Positions 1 to 10,889 of a stretch of 64,000 bases of DNA are shown piece by piece. The notes under the pieces are model-generated. The model was given only the letters and a program-made list of their open reading frames with translations. It was not told the origin of the DNA and did not search any database. The position numbers were made by a program, and so were the translations under genes. Every line of letters starts with the position of its first letter. Position 1 is the first letter of the stretch. The stretch comes from Cyanobacteria bacterium LVE1205-1. Lineage in GTDB: Bacteria > Cyanobacteriota > Cyanobacteriia > CAIUCS01. The DNA is taken from positions 2,912,498 to 2,976,497 of the forward strand of contig CP089922.1 in NCBI GenBank assembly GCA_041879355.1, read 5' to 3'.

Positions 1-133
1 TTGGGCTCTTGCCGGCAAAAAAGTAGATGCTGTGCACAAGTCGAACAATCCCCATACAAAAATCATGAACAGTAAGTGCCCCATTCCATGGACGGCGTTA
101 GCGATGAAAACGGTCGGCTGATTTTGTTTCATG
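1..133 (-). CDS. Partial CDS (5' end only; continues beyond window start). Hypothetical membrane protein.
   Basis: The reverse complement of 1-133 translates to MKQNQPTVFIANAVHGMGHLLFMIFVWGLFDLCTAS..., a hydrophobic helix, with no stop before the window edge. No family was recognised. Confidence 0.3.
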
Positions 134-675
134 GGGTACTTGAGGGAATTTAATGGACTACAACAGTTTTTCAGGAACAACCTCACACCAGAAGCATTCC
201 TTTTGGTTCTAAAAACCAAGAACTACTTCAATTTTAAACCCATCTCTCCATAAAACTTGTCAATTAAATTGCAAACTATTGCAATTCATGAATATGAGTA
301 AAGAGACAAAAGATTAAGGGGAGTTAAATGCTAGTTTCATAGTTAGGTGCAACGAAGGCTAGCTCCTTACAGCTTTCGGTTAAGGAACTATCAGGAATTG
401 GGTCTGTACCTCCTACCCATATCCGGTTATCACACAATTTTATTCAATCTTCTTGAATTTTCTAATGGGGCTATCAACGGGGTACTTCAGTCAAAACGGA
501 AGGGTTCAGTCTGGGTGCTCTGTAGAGTCAAGCTGAATAGTTCAGACGAACTCGGGGAAGTCTTGAATAAAGTAATAAGGTTATAACCATCTTGTCCTAT
601 AGTTGTTTATAGTTTATCTGTTCACTTTTGCTAAATTTATTTTCTCTTCAAGACGAAATCACCTCTGATTTCGTC

Positions 676-1605
676 TTATTGTGCATTTGGAGGCAAAATT
701 TCCAAGGTTCCGTGATGGGAATCTAAATGTGCCATTAGCCCCACAGGCAATGCTGCGTTCGGTCCATCATGCCCAAAGGGTAACCCAGAGACAATCGGGA
801 TGGATAAATCCCCCAGGCGATCTTGTAATACCTCCGCCACGGATAAACTGGGTTCGGATGTATGGCATCGGGTAAATCGTCCTAGGGCAATCCCCCGAAC
901 CCCGGTCAAGGCTCCCGTCATGCGCCACTGGCTTAACATGCGATCCAGTCGATAGGGCGGTTCGAGTTCGTCTTCAAGTGCTAGAATCACATTCTTTAAA
1001 TCGGGTTGGATAGGGGTATGGAGAATGGAGGTGGCAACGGCTAAATTCCCCGGGAGCAGTAACCCGGTAGCATGGGTGGGAGCTGATGGGTTATACCACC
1101 CCTCTCCCGTTAAAATTGGCAGGGGTTGGATGCCTTCTACCCAATTGATTAATCGGTCTACAGACCATTGGGGTTCCAACCCCAATGTACTAAGTAATGG
1201 ACCATGAACCCCTGAGATACCCTGGGTTGCCAACCCCCATAGTAACGCCGTAATGTCTGAAAATCCTATTATCCATTTGGGTGACACCGACGGCCACTGC
1301 CAATCTTCAAGCAGTCGATTCCCTCCATAGCCCCCCCACCCACACAGTATCCCTCGACAGTCTGGATCAAGAAGAGCTGCTAATAATTGGTGACGACGAT
1401 GGGAGTCAGTTCCTGCCAGGTAACCCCACTGTTCTTCAACCCCTGCCATAATTTCGACTTCATACCCCCGGGATCGCCATCGGTGAACCCCTTGCCAAAC
1501 AGGAGATTCTGATGATAACCCCCCTGTTCGGGATACCCCGCTAGGGGCAATAACTCGTAATCGATCGCCCGGTTGGAGGGGAGCAGGGCAATGGCAAGGC
1601 AACAT
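676..1605 (-). CDS. LD-carboxypeptidase (peptidase S66, LdcA/MccF-like muramoyltetrapeptide carboxypeptidase)
   Basis: 309 aa ORF. It carries the GFSDITALL nucleophile-elbow motif and the overall S66 layout (GYGG...LEDWQW). Confidence 0.7.
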   Translation of the reverse strand: MLPCHCPAPLQPGDRLRVIAPSGVSRTGGLSSESPVWQGVHRWRSRGYEVEIMAGVEEQWGYLAGTDSHRRHQLLAALLDPDCRGILCGWGGYGGNRLLEDWQWPSVSPKWIIGFSDITALLWGLATQGISGVHGPLLSTLGLEPQWSVDRLINWVEGIQPLPILTGEGWYNPSAPTHATGLLLPGNLAVATSILHTPIQPDLKNVILALEDELEPPYRLDRMLSQWRMTGALTGVRGIALGRFTRCHTSEPSLSVAEVLQDRLGDLSIPIVSGLPFGHDGPNAALPVGLMAHLDSHHGTLEILPPNAQ

Positions 1606-1622
1606 AGGAGAGATGCTAGGGG

Positions 1623-2930
1623 CTAATGGGGTAATTGGTATTGTTGAATAATCCGTTGAGCGAAGGCAGGAATGTGCTGAGCTAGTTTTTCTGGATAATG
1701 CCGTTGGGTATACAAAAAATTACGGGTGAAATGAGAATCGATTGAAAATCTTGCGTATTCTAACCCTTTAGGTCCAATTTTTTCAATCACAATGCCAATC
1801 AAATGGGCAACCCACATGGGTAAGGTTACCCCTTGGTCGTAGGCAGGAATACTTTGTTGTACTGCTCCATGGCGATCGCCCTGGGAGGTAACTGGCTGGA
1901 AGTCTAACTCATCTTTCACTAATTCCACCATGGATCGTCCCCAATCATTCCGAACCACCATCCATTGCCAACCAAATGGAGCACCCATGTAGCCCACCAC
2001 TAAATCTGCCAATCCGTTTACATAATCAAAACAAGTCATGCAGGAGGGCGCGAATATATCCTTCAGCTGGTTGGTTTTTAATCCGAAGAAAGGGACTGTC
2101 TCTTCAGAACCATCTTCATGCTTAAAGTGAACCTTGAAATCTTGCATAAATTCATAATGAACCACGGTTTGGGGTGAGCGACTGGTGGTATCAAGGAACG
2201 TTTGTAACCCAGCTCTAGTAACATTATCTACACAAGGAGTACCCAGGATATAGAGTTGTTCCAAGCCTAATTGATCTTCCACTGCCCGTAAAGCCTGAAT
2301 TTGACATCCAACCCCAATGACCAGTAATCGCTTTAACCCTGATTGTTCAATTTCCTCGAGTACTGAAAGGTTAGGGGAAAGGGTTGGTTTATTCACCCGG
2401 GCAGCGAGAACCTCATCAGCCGTTCGGGCAATAATGGGGCGAGGCTGGAACCGATCTTCTTTGGTATTTTGAACACAAACCACCCCCTCCACCAAGTTTT
2501 GATTGAGCATGGCAATGGCAATGGAACTGACAATGCCAGTCCACTGAGCTCCGGGAATGGGGTGATGCTTCCGAGCTGCCATCATTTCCTGATGTACCCC
2601 AAAGTAAACGTCATCCCAGTTGTTTAAATCTCGAGTACGACCGTGGGACTTTGTTTCTAGGGGGACAAATTGTTGATTGAGAAAGGCACAGGCATCCTTG
2701 ACATAATGAATATAATAGGTATCGCAAAGACCGCACTCGCTACACAAGGCTTTTGCCGGACGACGGCTAGATGATTTTAGTGCTCTGGCTTTTTTATGGC
2801 GAGGGCTGCCGGTGCTGACAACCCCTGTTGGTGGGGAGATTTCTGGTTCATTAGAACAATTCATAGTCGTTAATGGTAGGGAGGGCATAAAACCGTGAAG
2901 ACTATTCATCATGGAAATTAGAATTGTCAT
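1623..2930 (-). CDS. FrhB-family (coenzyme F420 hydrogenase/dehydrogenase beta-subunit-like) Fe-S flavoprotein. Possibly the ferredoxin-dependent 8-vinyl reductase BciB-type.
   Basis: 435 aa ORF with an N-terminal Cys cluster (CSECGLCDTYYIHY) and length typical of cyanobacterial FrhB homologues. The specific function is inferred. Confidence 0.5.
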   Translation of the reverse strand: MTILISMMNSLHGFMPSLPLTTMNCSNEPEISPPTGVVSTGSPRHKKARALKSSSRRPAKALCSECGLCDTYYIHYVKDACAFLNQQFVPLETKSHGRTRDLNNWDDVYFGVHQEMMAARKHHPIPGAQWTGIVSSIAIAMLNQNLVEGVVCVQNTKEDRFQPRPIIARTADEVLAARVNKPTLSPNLSVLEEIEQSGLKRLLVIGVGCQIQALRAVEDQLGLEQLYILGTPCVDNVTRAGLQTFLDTTSRSPQTVVHYEFMQDFKVHFKHEDGSEETVPFFGLKTNQLKDIFAPSCMTCFDYVNGLADLVVGYMGAPFGWQWMVVRNDWGRSMVELVKDELDFQPVTSQGDRHGAVQQSIPAYDQGVTLPMWVAHLIGIVIEKIGPKGLEYARFSIDSHFTRNFLYTQRHYPEKLAQHIPAFAQRIIQQYQLPH

Positions 2931-3427
2931 CCTATTTTATCGAAAAATTGGGTTTAAAACCCCGTGCTTCCAGCTAAGGCTGGCTTGCCAGCGCATTTCC
3001 ATGCAGTGTCAAGACTCACCGTTGCTTTAGCTCGGTGAGTATGTCAAGAACATTCCCCATCTTGTTTATATTTGGTTACATAAATGACCATATTTCTGTC
3101 ACATTATTAAAATAAATAACTGGAATGGACTCGGTTTGATCAAATATCTTTCAAATCGTTACTAATTCTGGATTTTACCGTTCCAGATCTGCCAAATTAC
3201 TCTTAAAATAAAGCATTGAACGCTCTAGCAAACTAGAGTTCCCTTAATTTTAAGGATTACTGTTAAGTTTTTGGAGGGAACTATCGTTCTTTATCCGTAA
3301 TTTAGAGTAATATGGTTCATCTTGATTGATGATCTGTATATTAACTAGAAAGAGTCATTCTACCTAGGTAATTGTCAGGGGTGAACCAAGTTTTGTTTAT
3401 TATGTAGCTACATTTGAGGAACTCTGT

Positions 3428-3706
3428 ATGAATAAAGGTGAATTGGTTGATGCGATCGCCAAGAAAGCTGATGTGACCAAAAAGCAAGCCGATGCTGTTT
3501 TGACTGCTGCCCTAGAAGTTATTATTGAAGCGGTTTCATCTGACCAAAAGGTAACGCTAGTGGGCTTTGGCTCCTTTGAGCCACGTAAACGTCAGGCAAG
3601 AGAAGGACGGAATCCTAAGACTGGAGAAACCATGCAAATTCCTGAGACAATTGTGCCTGCATTTTCCGCTGGTAAATTGTTCAAGGAAAGTGTATCAAAG
3701 CAATAG
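3428..3706 (+). CDS. hup: HU family DNA-binding protein
   Basis: 92 aa. MNKGELVDAIA...GFGSFEPRKRQAREGRNPKTGETMQIPE is the canonical HU/IHF fold signature. It follows a long AT-rich leader. Confidence 0.9.
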   Translation: MNKGELVDAIAKKADVTKKQADAVLTAALEVIIEAVSSDQKVTLVGFGSFEPRKRQAREGRNPKTGETMQIPETIVPAFSAGKLFKESVSKQ

Positions 3707-3781
3707 GGGTTTGCAATCAGGGGTGATTTATTCATTGGTAATGGTATTACCCTGATTCAACAGGTACTGATCATCAGGAAT

Positions 3782-4357
3782 GTGCGGAAAGTTGGGAAAC
3801 CGAGTCTTTTTAGAGCGTGGAGGAACGACGACACCAGCGAATTTATTCGCCTACCGCCTTTAAGCCTGAGAATATTAGTTGGTCATCCTTTATCGTGGAT
3901 GGGCGCAAACTTGAATCTATTAACCAGTGGTTCAACAAAGAGAATGCGGCGTTGCAGTCTATTAAAGACTTACAGGGAATTAAGCAACTCACCCAATGTC
4001 AATCGAGACTGTATATTAACCGCAGCAGCCAAGTTAGAGACGATTTAAACAAGGCGGCTAGACTGATTATCCACCATCGACACTAAAATTGAACGGCTGA
4101 TTGTGGGCTTCAATATTGGGATGAAAGATGGTATCAATAGTCGCAATCATCAAAACGTTGTCCAGATCCCATTTCATTCTTTGAGAAACACGCTTAAATC
4201 TCTCTGTGAGGGATATGGGTTAGTCTATCAAGAACAAGAGGAATCGTATAAAGGATATTTGATTAATTCAGATACTAACGGTGCTGCGAATATTGGACGT
4301 AACAGTAAGCAGAATGGTTTTACCAGACTGTCTATAGGCTATTTGGCACAGTCGTGA
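3782..4357 (+). mobile_element. tnpB: Degraded IS200/IS605-family TnpB (OrfB) remnant. C-terminal part is present, split over three frames.
   Basis: Three ORFs (3782-4048, 3817-4086, 4103-4357). The third ends ...DTNGAANIGRNS..., the RuvC-III-like TnpB C-terminal signature. No intact N-terminus and no tnpA. Confidence 0.55.
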
Positions 4358-4558
4358 AGAATCAAGGTCTACTCAGGCTTTGTGTTCTTCAGAATCCCCG
4401 TCTCTTCAGAGCGGAGAGTGGCAAATAGGTTCATCAGTTTATTTTTTTGATGAAACCGGAGCGCATCTGTCAAGGCTGACTCCGGTTTTAAGTCTGGGGA
4501 GATGAAGTTAATGTATTGAACTTCCCAGTTAGTCTATTCAACTCTTACGGTTGTTTTT

Positions 4559-5601
4559 ATGTCCCCCTCCCATGGTGGAAACTTGTCTTGGGCTGCGTCT
4601 CTAGCTGGATGTAGTCCATCCCATCTGCTTGATTTTTCAGCTAGTATCAACCCCATGGGTCCCCCCGAAGCAGTATTGGTTGCCATTCAAAATAGTTTAC
4701 AACAGTTATTATCCTACCCCAATCCTGATTATTCCCAATTATGTGACGCAATTGCGGATTATCATGGTCTATCACCCCAGTGGGTTCTGCCTGGAAACGG
4801 ATCAGCGGAACTTCTCACCTGGGCTGGGAGAGAATTGGCTGCATTGCCCCAAACCCATTTATTTACCCCTGCCTTTGGAGACTACTTTCGAGCAATTCGG
4901 GCTTTTGAGGGTCAGATTGTTACCCACCCTCTAACACCACCCTTTCTTCAAATACCCAAACTACCCAATGGTTCAGGTCAATCGGGTTTATTGATTAACA
5001 ATCCCCATAACCCCACCGGGCTGTTACGAACCTGTGATGAACTATTGCCTTATTTGAATCAATTTGCCTTAGTGGTGGTAGATGAAGCATTTATGGATTT
5101 TCTACCCCTGAAGAACAGCAAAGCCTCATTGATTCCATTGAGCAATATCCAAATTTAGTTATTCTACGATCGTTCACAAAATTCTATAGTTTGCCTGGAT
5201 TACGAATTGGTTATGCCATCGCCCATCCCGATCGCCTTCGGTTATGGCGAACTTGGCGAGACCCCTGGCCAGTGAATCAGTTAGCCGTGGCGGCGGCGAT
5301 CGCTGCTTTGCAATCTAAAGAATTCCAAGCCAAAACTTGGATTTGGTTAAACAATACCCGTTGTCAATTGTGGCAGAGTTTAAACGATATTCCCCATTTC
5401 ACCCCCTATCCCAGTTCAGCCAACTATATCCTAGTCAATTCCCATTTTTCTGTTGGTCAATTACAACTACGGTTATTAAAACACCATCAGATTTTAATTC
5501 GTGACTGCATCAGTTTCCCAGAATTGGGGGATCACTTTTTCCGTATTGCCGTTCGCACCCTAGAAGACAATCAAAGGTTAATCAATGCCATTTTAGGGTA
5601 A
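4559..5601 (+). CDS. cobD: Threonine-phosphate decarboxylase CobD (class I/II aminotransferase fold). Frameshifted at a C-run near 5105-5108.
   Basis: N-terminal HGGN motif, NNPHNPTG, and RSFTKFYSLPGLRIGY (the PLP-lysine region). Frame 1 from 5086 reads FSTPEEQQSLIDSIEQYPNLVILRSF, which continues the 4559 frame after a single-base indel in CCCC. Confidence 0.75.
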
Positions 5602-6411
5602 AGGTTTCTTGCCAGGAATCCCAACGGGGCGTGGATAGGTTAAGGGGGTGGGTTGGCTTTTGCGAATGTAAAGACAATGGCGTTGTCCGCTAGTCAATGG
5701 AGTAGTGGTGGTTGTTACCTCCTCCAATTGTCCTCCTAATAACTGGAGGACTTGTACCAAGGTTCCCTCCTCTTCAGTAGTCCATTGCCCCCGATAGAAA
5801 ATTGCCATTCCATCTAATTTCAACAAGGGAAGTGCATATTCGGCGCATAGGGCAACCCCACCCACCGCTCGAATTAAAGCTAAATTATACTGTCCCCGAT
5901 GGAGAGGTTCTTGACCTACGGATTCAGCCCGCCCCAACAGGAGTTGGGTATGTTGTAGGTTTACTGTCCTGACCAGTTCAGATAAACAATCTATTTTTTT
6001 GCGAGTAGCGTCTAGTAACGTGATATACCAATCTGGAAAGGCAATAGCCACCGGAATCCCAGGAAACCCCCCTCCGGTTCCAATATCAATTACGTTCCAT
6101 GGGGCTAATGGTAGAGTAAAGTTGGGTGTGGATGTATGGTAATCCACTGGTTCGTCTATTCCATGGGTCTGCTGTCTTCTGCCAAGGTTTGCAAGCCAAG
6201 GACTGACACCATAAAGTGAATCCCATAGATGTTTTTCTAAAAATTCTTCTGGTTTAGTAATTCGAGTCAGATTCAAGTAACGATTTGTTAAAATTAAAGT
6301 ATCGTAGAGGATCTTAAATTGGGTTATTTGGGTCAGGGTTGGCTGCCAGTACAACCAAGCTTCTAAATGTTGTTGCCACAGTTTTTCATCCCATGGAAGC
6401 GGTAATGGCAT
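5593..6411 (-). CDS. rsmG: 16S rRNA (guanine527-N7)-methyltransferase RsmG (GidB)
   Basis: 272 aa with the IDIGTGGGFPGIPVAIAFPD SAM-binding motif and a C-terminal extension. Confidence 0.85.
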   Translation of the reverse strand: MPLPLPWDEKLWQQHLEAWLYWQPTLTQITQFKILYDTLILTNRYLNLTRITKPEEFLEKHLWDSLYGVSPWLANLGRRQQTHGIDEPVDYHTSTPNFTLPLAPWNVIDIGTGGGFPGIPVAIAFPDWYITLLDATRKKIDCLSELVRTVNLQHTQLLLGRAESVGQEPLHRGQYNLALIRAVGGVALCAEYALPLLKLDGMAIFYRGQWTTEEEGTLVQVLQLLGGQLEEVTTTTTPLTSGQRHCLYIRKSQPTPLTYPRPVGIPGKKPLP

Positions 6412-6469
6412 CTATTGAATCCTTATATCGATAATTTTCTATGTTGTTTATTCGTGCAGATGGGGTCTA

Positions 6470-8207
6470 GTGAGAACAGTTATGGTAAGTTTTTTGTGCC
6501 GGGTAGGGTTAGGAATTGGGGTTTCAATGACTGTCATGGGAACCTCTACCATCGTTTTAGCCAATGAACATTCCAATTTAACCATTGACCATATTCCCGA
6601 CCCTTCATTTCCACCGAATGAAGAGTTGGGCATCCCCTCCTTAAAAGCCGTAAATTTCACCACTACGGGGATAACACCAACTGTTCAGGCTCAGCATCGT
6701 TCCATAAAAGAAAATCAATCATCCACAGTGTCATCTTCTGATATTAGACCCCACTTGGTGGTTCAGTCTACCCAACGAACCGATACTTCTCCCAGTTCAC
6801 TGAATAATCCAAATTTACTTGAATCCCCCACCCAACCCATTGAGGTGAAAATTCAGCGTACCCAGGCAATTACCCTCCAAGAGTCCATCAATTTAGCTCG
6901 TCGTAATAATCCTTCATTACAAATTAGTGCCTTACAACTAGAACGGAGTCGCTCCGCTGTCACAGAGGCTAAGTCAACCCTGTTTCCTACAGTCAGTTTT
7001 CAAACTGCCGTCACTCGGGAAGTAAGTGCCACAACTCAATTAGTCAATACCCGTCTGCAATTAAATGGAGGAACCCCAATATCCACTGGTTCAGGGATTG
7101 GTATTATTAGCGGTGATCCGAACGTCAATCGGTTCTTAAATAGTACCTTAGAACTCAGTTATGCCTTATTCACTTCAGGAAAAAGAGATGCAACAATTCG
7201 GGCGGCTGAAGGGCAGTTGCGTATTAGTCAATTAGACTATCAAATCCGCATGGCAGAATTACAGCTTGACATCACTGAAGACTATTACGGCTTGCAAGAT
7301 GCCAATGAAAGCGTCCGTATCGCCAAAGCCGCGGTTACCAATGCTGAAAAAAGCCTAGGGGATGCCCAAGCCCTGGAGCGAGCTGGAGTTGGGACACGAT
7401 TTGCTGTTTTACAGTCCCAGGTTCAATTAGCCAATGCCCGACAAGAATTAGTCCGGGCAGAAAGTAAGCAAGTCATTGCTGGTCGTCAACTTGTTCAACG
7501 ACTGAACTTATCCCAAGATGTGGATATTACCGCAGCTGATAAGGTGGATTTAGCCGGTCAATGGAAACTTGGGTTGGAAGAATCAATTGTGTTGGCATTT
7601 CAAAACAGAGCTGAATTACAGAAACAACTACTGCAAAGTCAGGTTAGTCTACAACAAGCCCGGGCGGCTCTTGCCGCTGTCCGCCCTCAAATTAATGTTT
7701 TTGCCCGATATAACCTTGCAAATAATCTAGACGATAATATTGGATTTGAAGACGGGTATGCAGTAGGGGCTCAACTCACTTGGAATATTTTTGATGGGGG
7801 TAACGCCCAAGCACGCCTTGAACAACAACAACTCAATGCCCGAATCGCAAATACAACGTTTGCCGAAACCCGAAATCAGATTCGCTTTCAGGTCGAACAG
7901 TCCTTTAGTAATCTAGTAGCAAATAAAAAATATTGACACTGCCACCTTAGCCCTCGATCAAGCAAAGGAATCTTTGCGGTTAGCCCGCTTACGGTTTCAG
8001 GCTGGGGTGGGAACCCAAACTGAGGTGATTGATGCTGAAACAGATCTAACTCGGGCAGAAGGTAATCGGGTCAAAGCTATATTGGATTACAATCGAGCCA
8101 TGGCTTCCCTACAACGTGCTACGGCTAGTTTTACAGCAGGGGGTAGAATTGAAAGATGGTCTTTAGGTAGTTTAACTGTTTCAGTGCGTTTGTTCTGTAC
8201 TCTTTAA
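6470..8207 (+). CDS. TolC-like outer-membrane efflux protein. Frameshifted in an A6 run at 7925-7930.
   Basis: ORFs 6470-7936 and 7974-8207. Both show TolC-family repeats (QLE..R......A...LFPTVS; LRLARLRFQAGVGTQTEVIDAETDL). The reading frame is restored by a 1-nt indel in AAAAAA. Confidence 0.6.
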
Positions 8208-8211
8208 TGCC

Positions 8212-8930
8212 ATGGTGATGAGTTCAACCCCTTCGGTAACCAATACAAATTTAACGGCGATCGCAGTCCAGAACCTCAGCCATTATTTTGGTCGTGGTCA
8301 GTTACGAAAACAAGTTTTATACAATATTAATTTCACGATTTCATCGGGGGAAATCGTTATTCTCACTGGTCCTTCAGGTTCAGGGAAAACCACCTTACTC
8401 ACCTTATTGGGTGGTTTACGTTCTGCCCACGAAGGTAGTTTGAAAATCCTAGGGGAAGAAATGTGTGAAGCCAGTCAGCGGCAATTATTCCGCATCCGCC
8501 CCCACATTGGCTATATTTTTCAGTCCCATAACTTATTAAAGTCATTGACTGCACGACAAAATGTGCGCATGTCCCTAGAATTACACCCAACCATCCCCCA
8601 CCCGGATATTCGGGCGGCTGCAATGCTAGAAGCAGTAGGACTAAAGGATCGGGTAGATTACTATCCTGACCAATTATCGGGGGGCAAAAGCAACGGGTCG
8701 CCATCGCCCGCGCCCTTGTTAGTCATCCTAAAATCGTATTAGCTGATGAACCAACGGCTTCCTTGGATAAGAAATCAGGTCGTGATGTAGTGAATATTTT
8801 GCAACAACTTAGCAAGGAACAAGGGTGTACCATTTTGTTAGTTACCCATGACAACCGGATTCTAGACATTGCCGATCGTATCTTTTATATGGAAGATGGA
8901 AAACTCAGCGCCCAACAAATTGATCCATGA
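8212..8930 (+). CDS. ABC transporter ATP-binding protein (DevA/MacB-type). Frameshifted in a G6 run at 8679-8684.
   Basis: Walker A GPSGSGKTTLLTLLGGL. After the G-run the alternative frame gives [28 protein letters not shown]...LLVTHD, ending in TGA at 8928-8930. Confidence 0.75.
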
Positions 8931-9003
8931 AAATTTAGTAGTCCTTAACCAGTAAGGATGGGAATTGGTTGGGAGGATGGGGGTAGCACCCCTACGACCC
9001 CTC

Positions 9004-10233
9004 CTAAATCCTTTCTGATAACACCAGACGATGAGCACGCCATGTCCAAATTCCCACGCCAGTGACAATAGCACTGATAATCCATAGGACAACCCGTAGT
9101 CCTAAAATATCCGTTAAAGGACCGGCGATTGCCAGTGGAAGACTCAAGGCAATATTAATAACATTATTTTGAAACCCAAATATTTTTCCTCGCAGACCTT
9201 CCGGTGTTTGTTGTTGAATTAACGTCTGCATGGGTAAGCCAATGAAGGATGCCCCAATGCCTAATACTACGGACAAACCCAGACTGAGGTACAAGTGAGT
9301 TATAAATGTAAAGGTAGTCAATGCAAACGCCATCATTAAAAATCCATACAAGGGTAAGGGCAGGTGGTGAAAACGACTTCCCCAATGTCCTAACCCACCG
9401 GCACCTAAAACCATTCCAATGCCAGCTGCTGCCAACAAAAACCCAAACTGGGTTGGCTTGAGTCCAACTTCTTCAGCTAAATTAATGGTCAGAACGGTTA
9501 AGGCTGCAAAAACGGAATAAAGAATCATGAGTTGCAACAGTGCATTACTCACCAACCGGTCCTTTTTTAGATAGCGGAGTCCATCCTTAAAATCTGTCCA
9601 AGGGTGGATTTTAAATCCCTCTGAGCCATGAATTGTTTCATTCACTGGCAAGCCATAGAAGACTAGGGCAGATAGGATATAAAGAACAGCAACAATACAA
9701 ACCGGACCAAATTCACCCAACTGGGTTGCAAAGGTCAATAAGGGTTCACCCACTGCAAACCCCACCACCATTGACCCCATCATGGTGGTGGTAAATAGGG
9801 CATTTGCTGATAAAAGTCCTGATTTTTCAACTAATAATGGAATGGCAGTTTGTTCAGCCGGGGCAAAAAATTGAGTCAAGACCGATTCCATAAACCCCAG
9901 GAGAATCAAAACTAAAAATACTTTTGGTAAAAATATCAGACCTAAAGTCATTAGTCCGCGCCAAAGGTTACAGTGTATTAGTATTTGGCGTTTGGAGTAA
10001 CGATCTACTATTACCCCAGCCAAGGACCCTAACAGGATGGCTGGTATGGTAATGGCTACCATTAAAACTGAACGTCGAGAATTTTCCAGATCCGGTGAGG
10101 GGAGATATTCTACTAATAAAGCAATCAATAGGACAAAAAAAACCTTATCTGCAATTTGAGATAGAATTTGTCCAATCCAAAGGGTCAGGAATGGGCGATT
10201 TTTCAATAATTGCCAAAAACCGATTTCAGTCAT
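9004..10233 (-). CDS. MFS transporter
   Basis: 409 aa with about 12 predicted hydrophobic helices and an MFS-like N-terminus (LLKNRPFLTLWIGQILSQIADK). Confidence 0.7.
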   Translation of the reverse strand: MTEIGFWQLLKNRPFLTLWIGQILSQIADKVFFVLLIALLVEYLPSPDLENSRRSVLMVAITIPAILLGSLAGVIVDRYSKRQILIHCNLWRGLMTLGLIFLPKVFLVLILLGFMESVLTQFFAPAEQTAIPLLVEKSGLLSANALFTTTMMGSMVVGFAVGEPLLTFATQLGEFGPVCIVAVLYILSALVFYGLPVNETIHGSEGFKIHPWTDFKDGLRYLKKDRLVSNALLQLMILYSVFAALTVLTINLAEEVGLKPTQFGFLLAAAGIGMVLGAGGLGHWGSRFHHLPLPLYGFLMMAFALTTFTFITHLYLSLGLSVVLGIGASFIGLPMQTLIQQQTPEGLRGKIFGFQNNVINIALSLPLAIAGPLTDILGLRVVLWIISAIVTGVGIWTWRAHRLVLSERI

Positions 10234-10286
10234 GGGAGGTTGGTCATAAATGATGATGAATGATAAATGTGGGAGATTATGGTGGT

Positions 10287-10874
10287 TCAGCCATTACTGC
10301 AATTAAAACGATAGGTGTATTTCTTGGGTTGTATGTTTTGATAATACCCAATTTGGCAGTGCAAAAAGTGATCAGCTGTCGTGGCTTGGGGAGGAGTATC
10401 AGGTCTGACATGTACTCCCCGGACGGCATGGGGCGATCGCCATAACTGCATATGGGGAACAGCGGGATCTGCATAAAAGTTATCCGTTGGACAGGTCAAT
10501 AAGGTACAACTCCAATGGGTAAAGAAGTCATGGCTCAAGTAATGAATTGGAAACGTCCGCTCCATGGGATGGGGAACACCCCAGCCATCTAATGCAATCA
10601 AAGCCACAACAGAACCATGTTGGCGATGCCATTGGGAGGCTGCCGTCATTGCTCCCACCACCCCCGCACTAAAGGCAATCAATAATAAGGAATGGGATGG
10701 ATCCAAACAATTCCTCAGGTACTGATGAACATGATAGCCAGAGTAGGGGGGATGGGTGGGGGTGGGTAATACCAAATATGAATAGGGTCTTTGATCCATT
10801 CCCATACTCACCAGAAACTGCCCAGTTGCATCGGCAGAATGAATGCCGGGACAGATTAACACAGTCATCACCAC
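10287..10874 (-). CDS. Hypothetical protein (possible alpha/beta-hydrolase-like)
   Basis: 195 aa ORF. It has an AFSAGV (G-x-S-x-G-like) motif but no family was recognised. Confidence 0.3.
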   Translation of the reverse strand: MVMTVLICPGIHSADATGQFLVSMGMDQRPYSYLVLPTPTHPPYSGYHVHQYLRNCLDPSHSLLLIAFSAGVVGAMTAASQWHRQHGSVVALIALDGWGVPHPMERTFPIHYLSHDFFTHWSCTLLTCPTDNFYADPAVPHMQLWRSPHAVRGVHVRPDTPPQATTADHFLHCQIGYYQNIQPKKYTYRFNCSNG

Positions 10875-10889
10875 CAGTCCATATTCCCA

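Noticed and set aside
347-586. 79-aa plus-strand ORF, and possible structured RNA upstream of the LD-carboxypeptidase
   Set aside because: No motif, atypical composition, and no convincing riboswitch core (B12 or glutamine) could be aligned by eye. Left unannotated.
8399-8704. 101-aa minus-strand ORF inside the devA-like gene
   Set aside because: Antisense to a well-conserved ABC ATPase.
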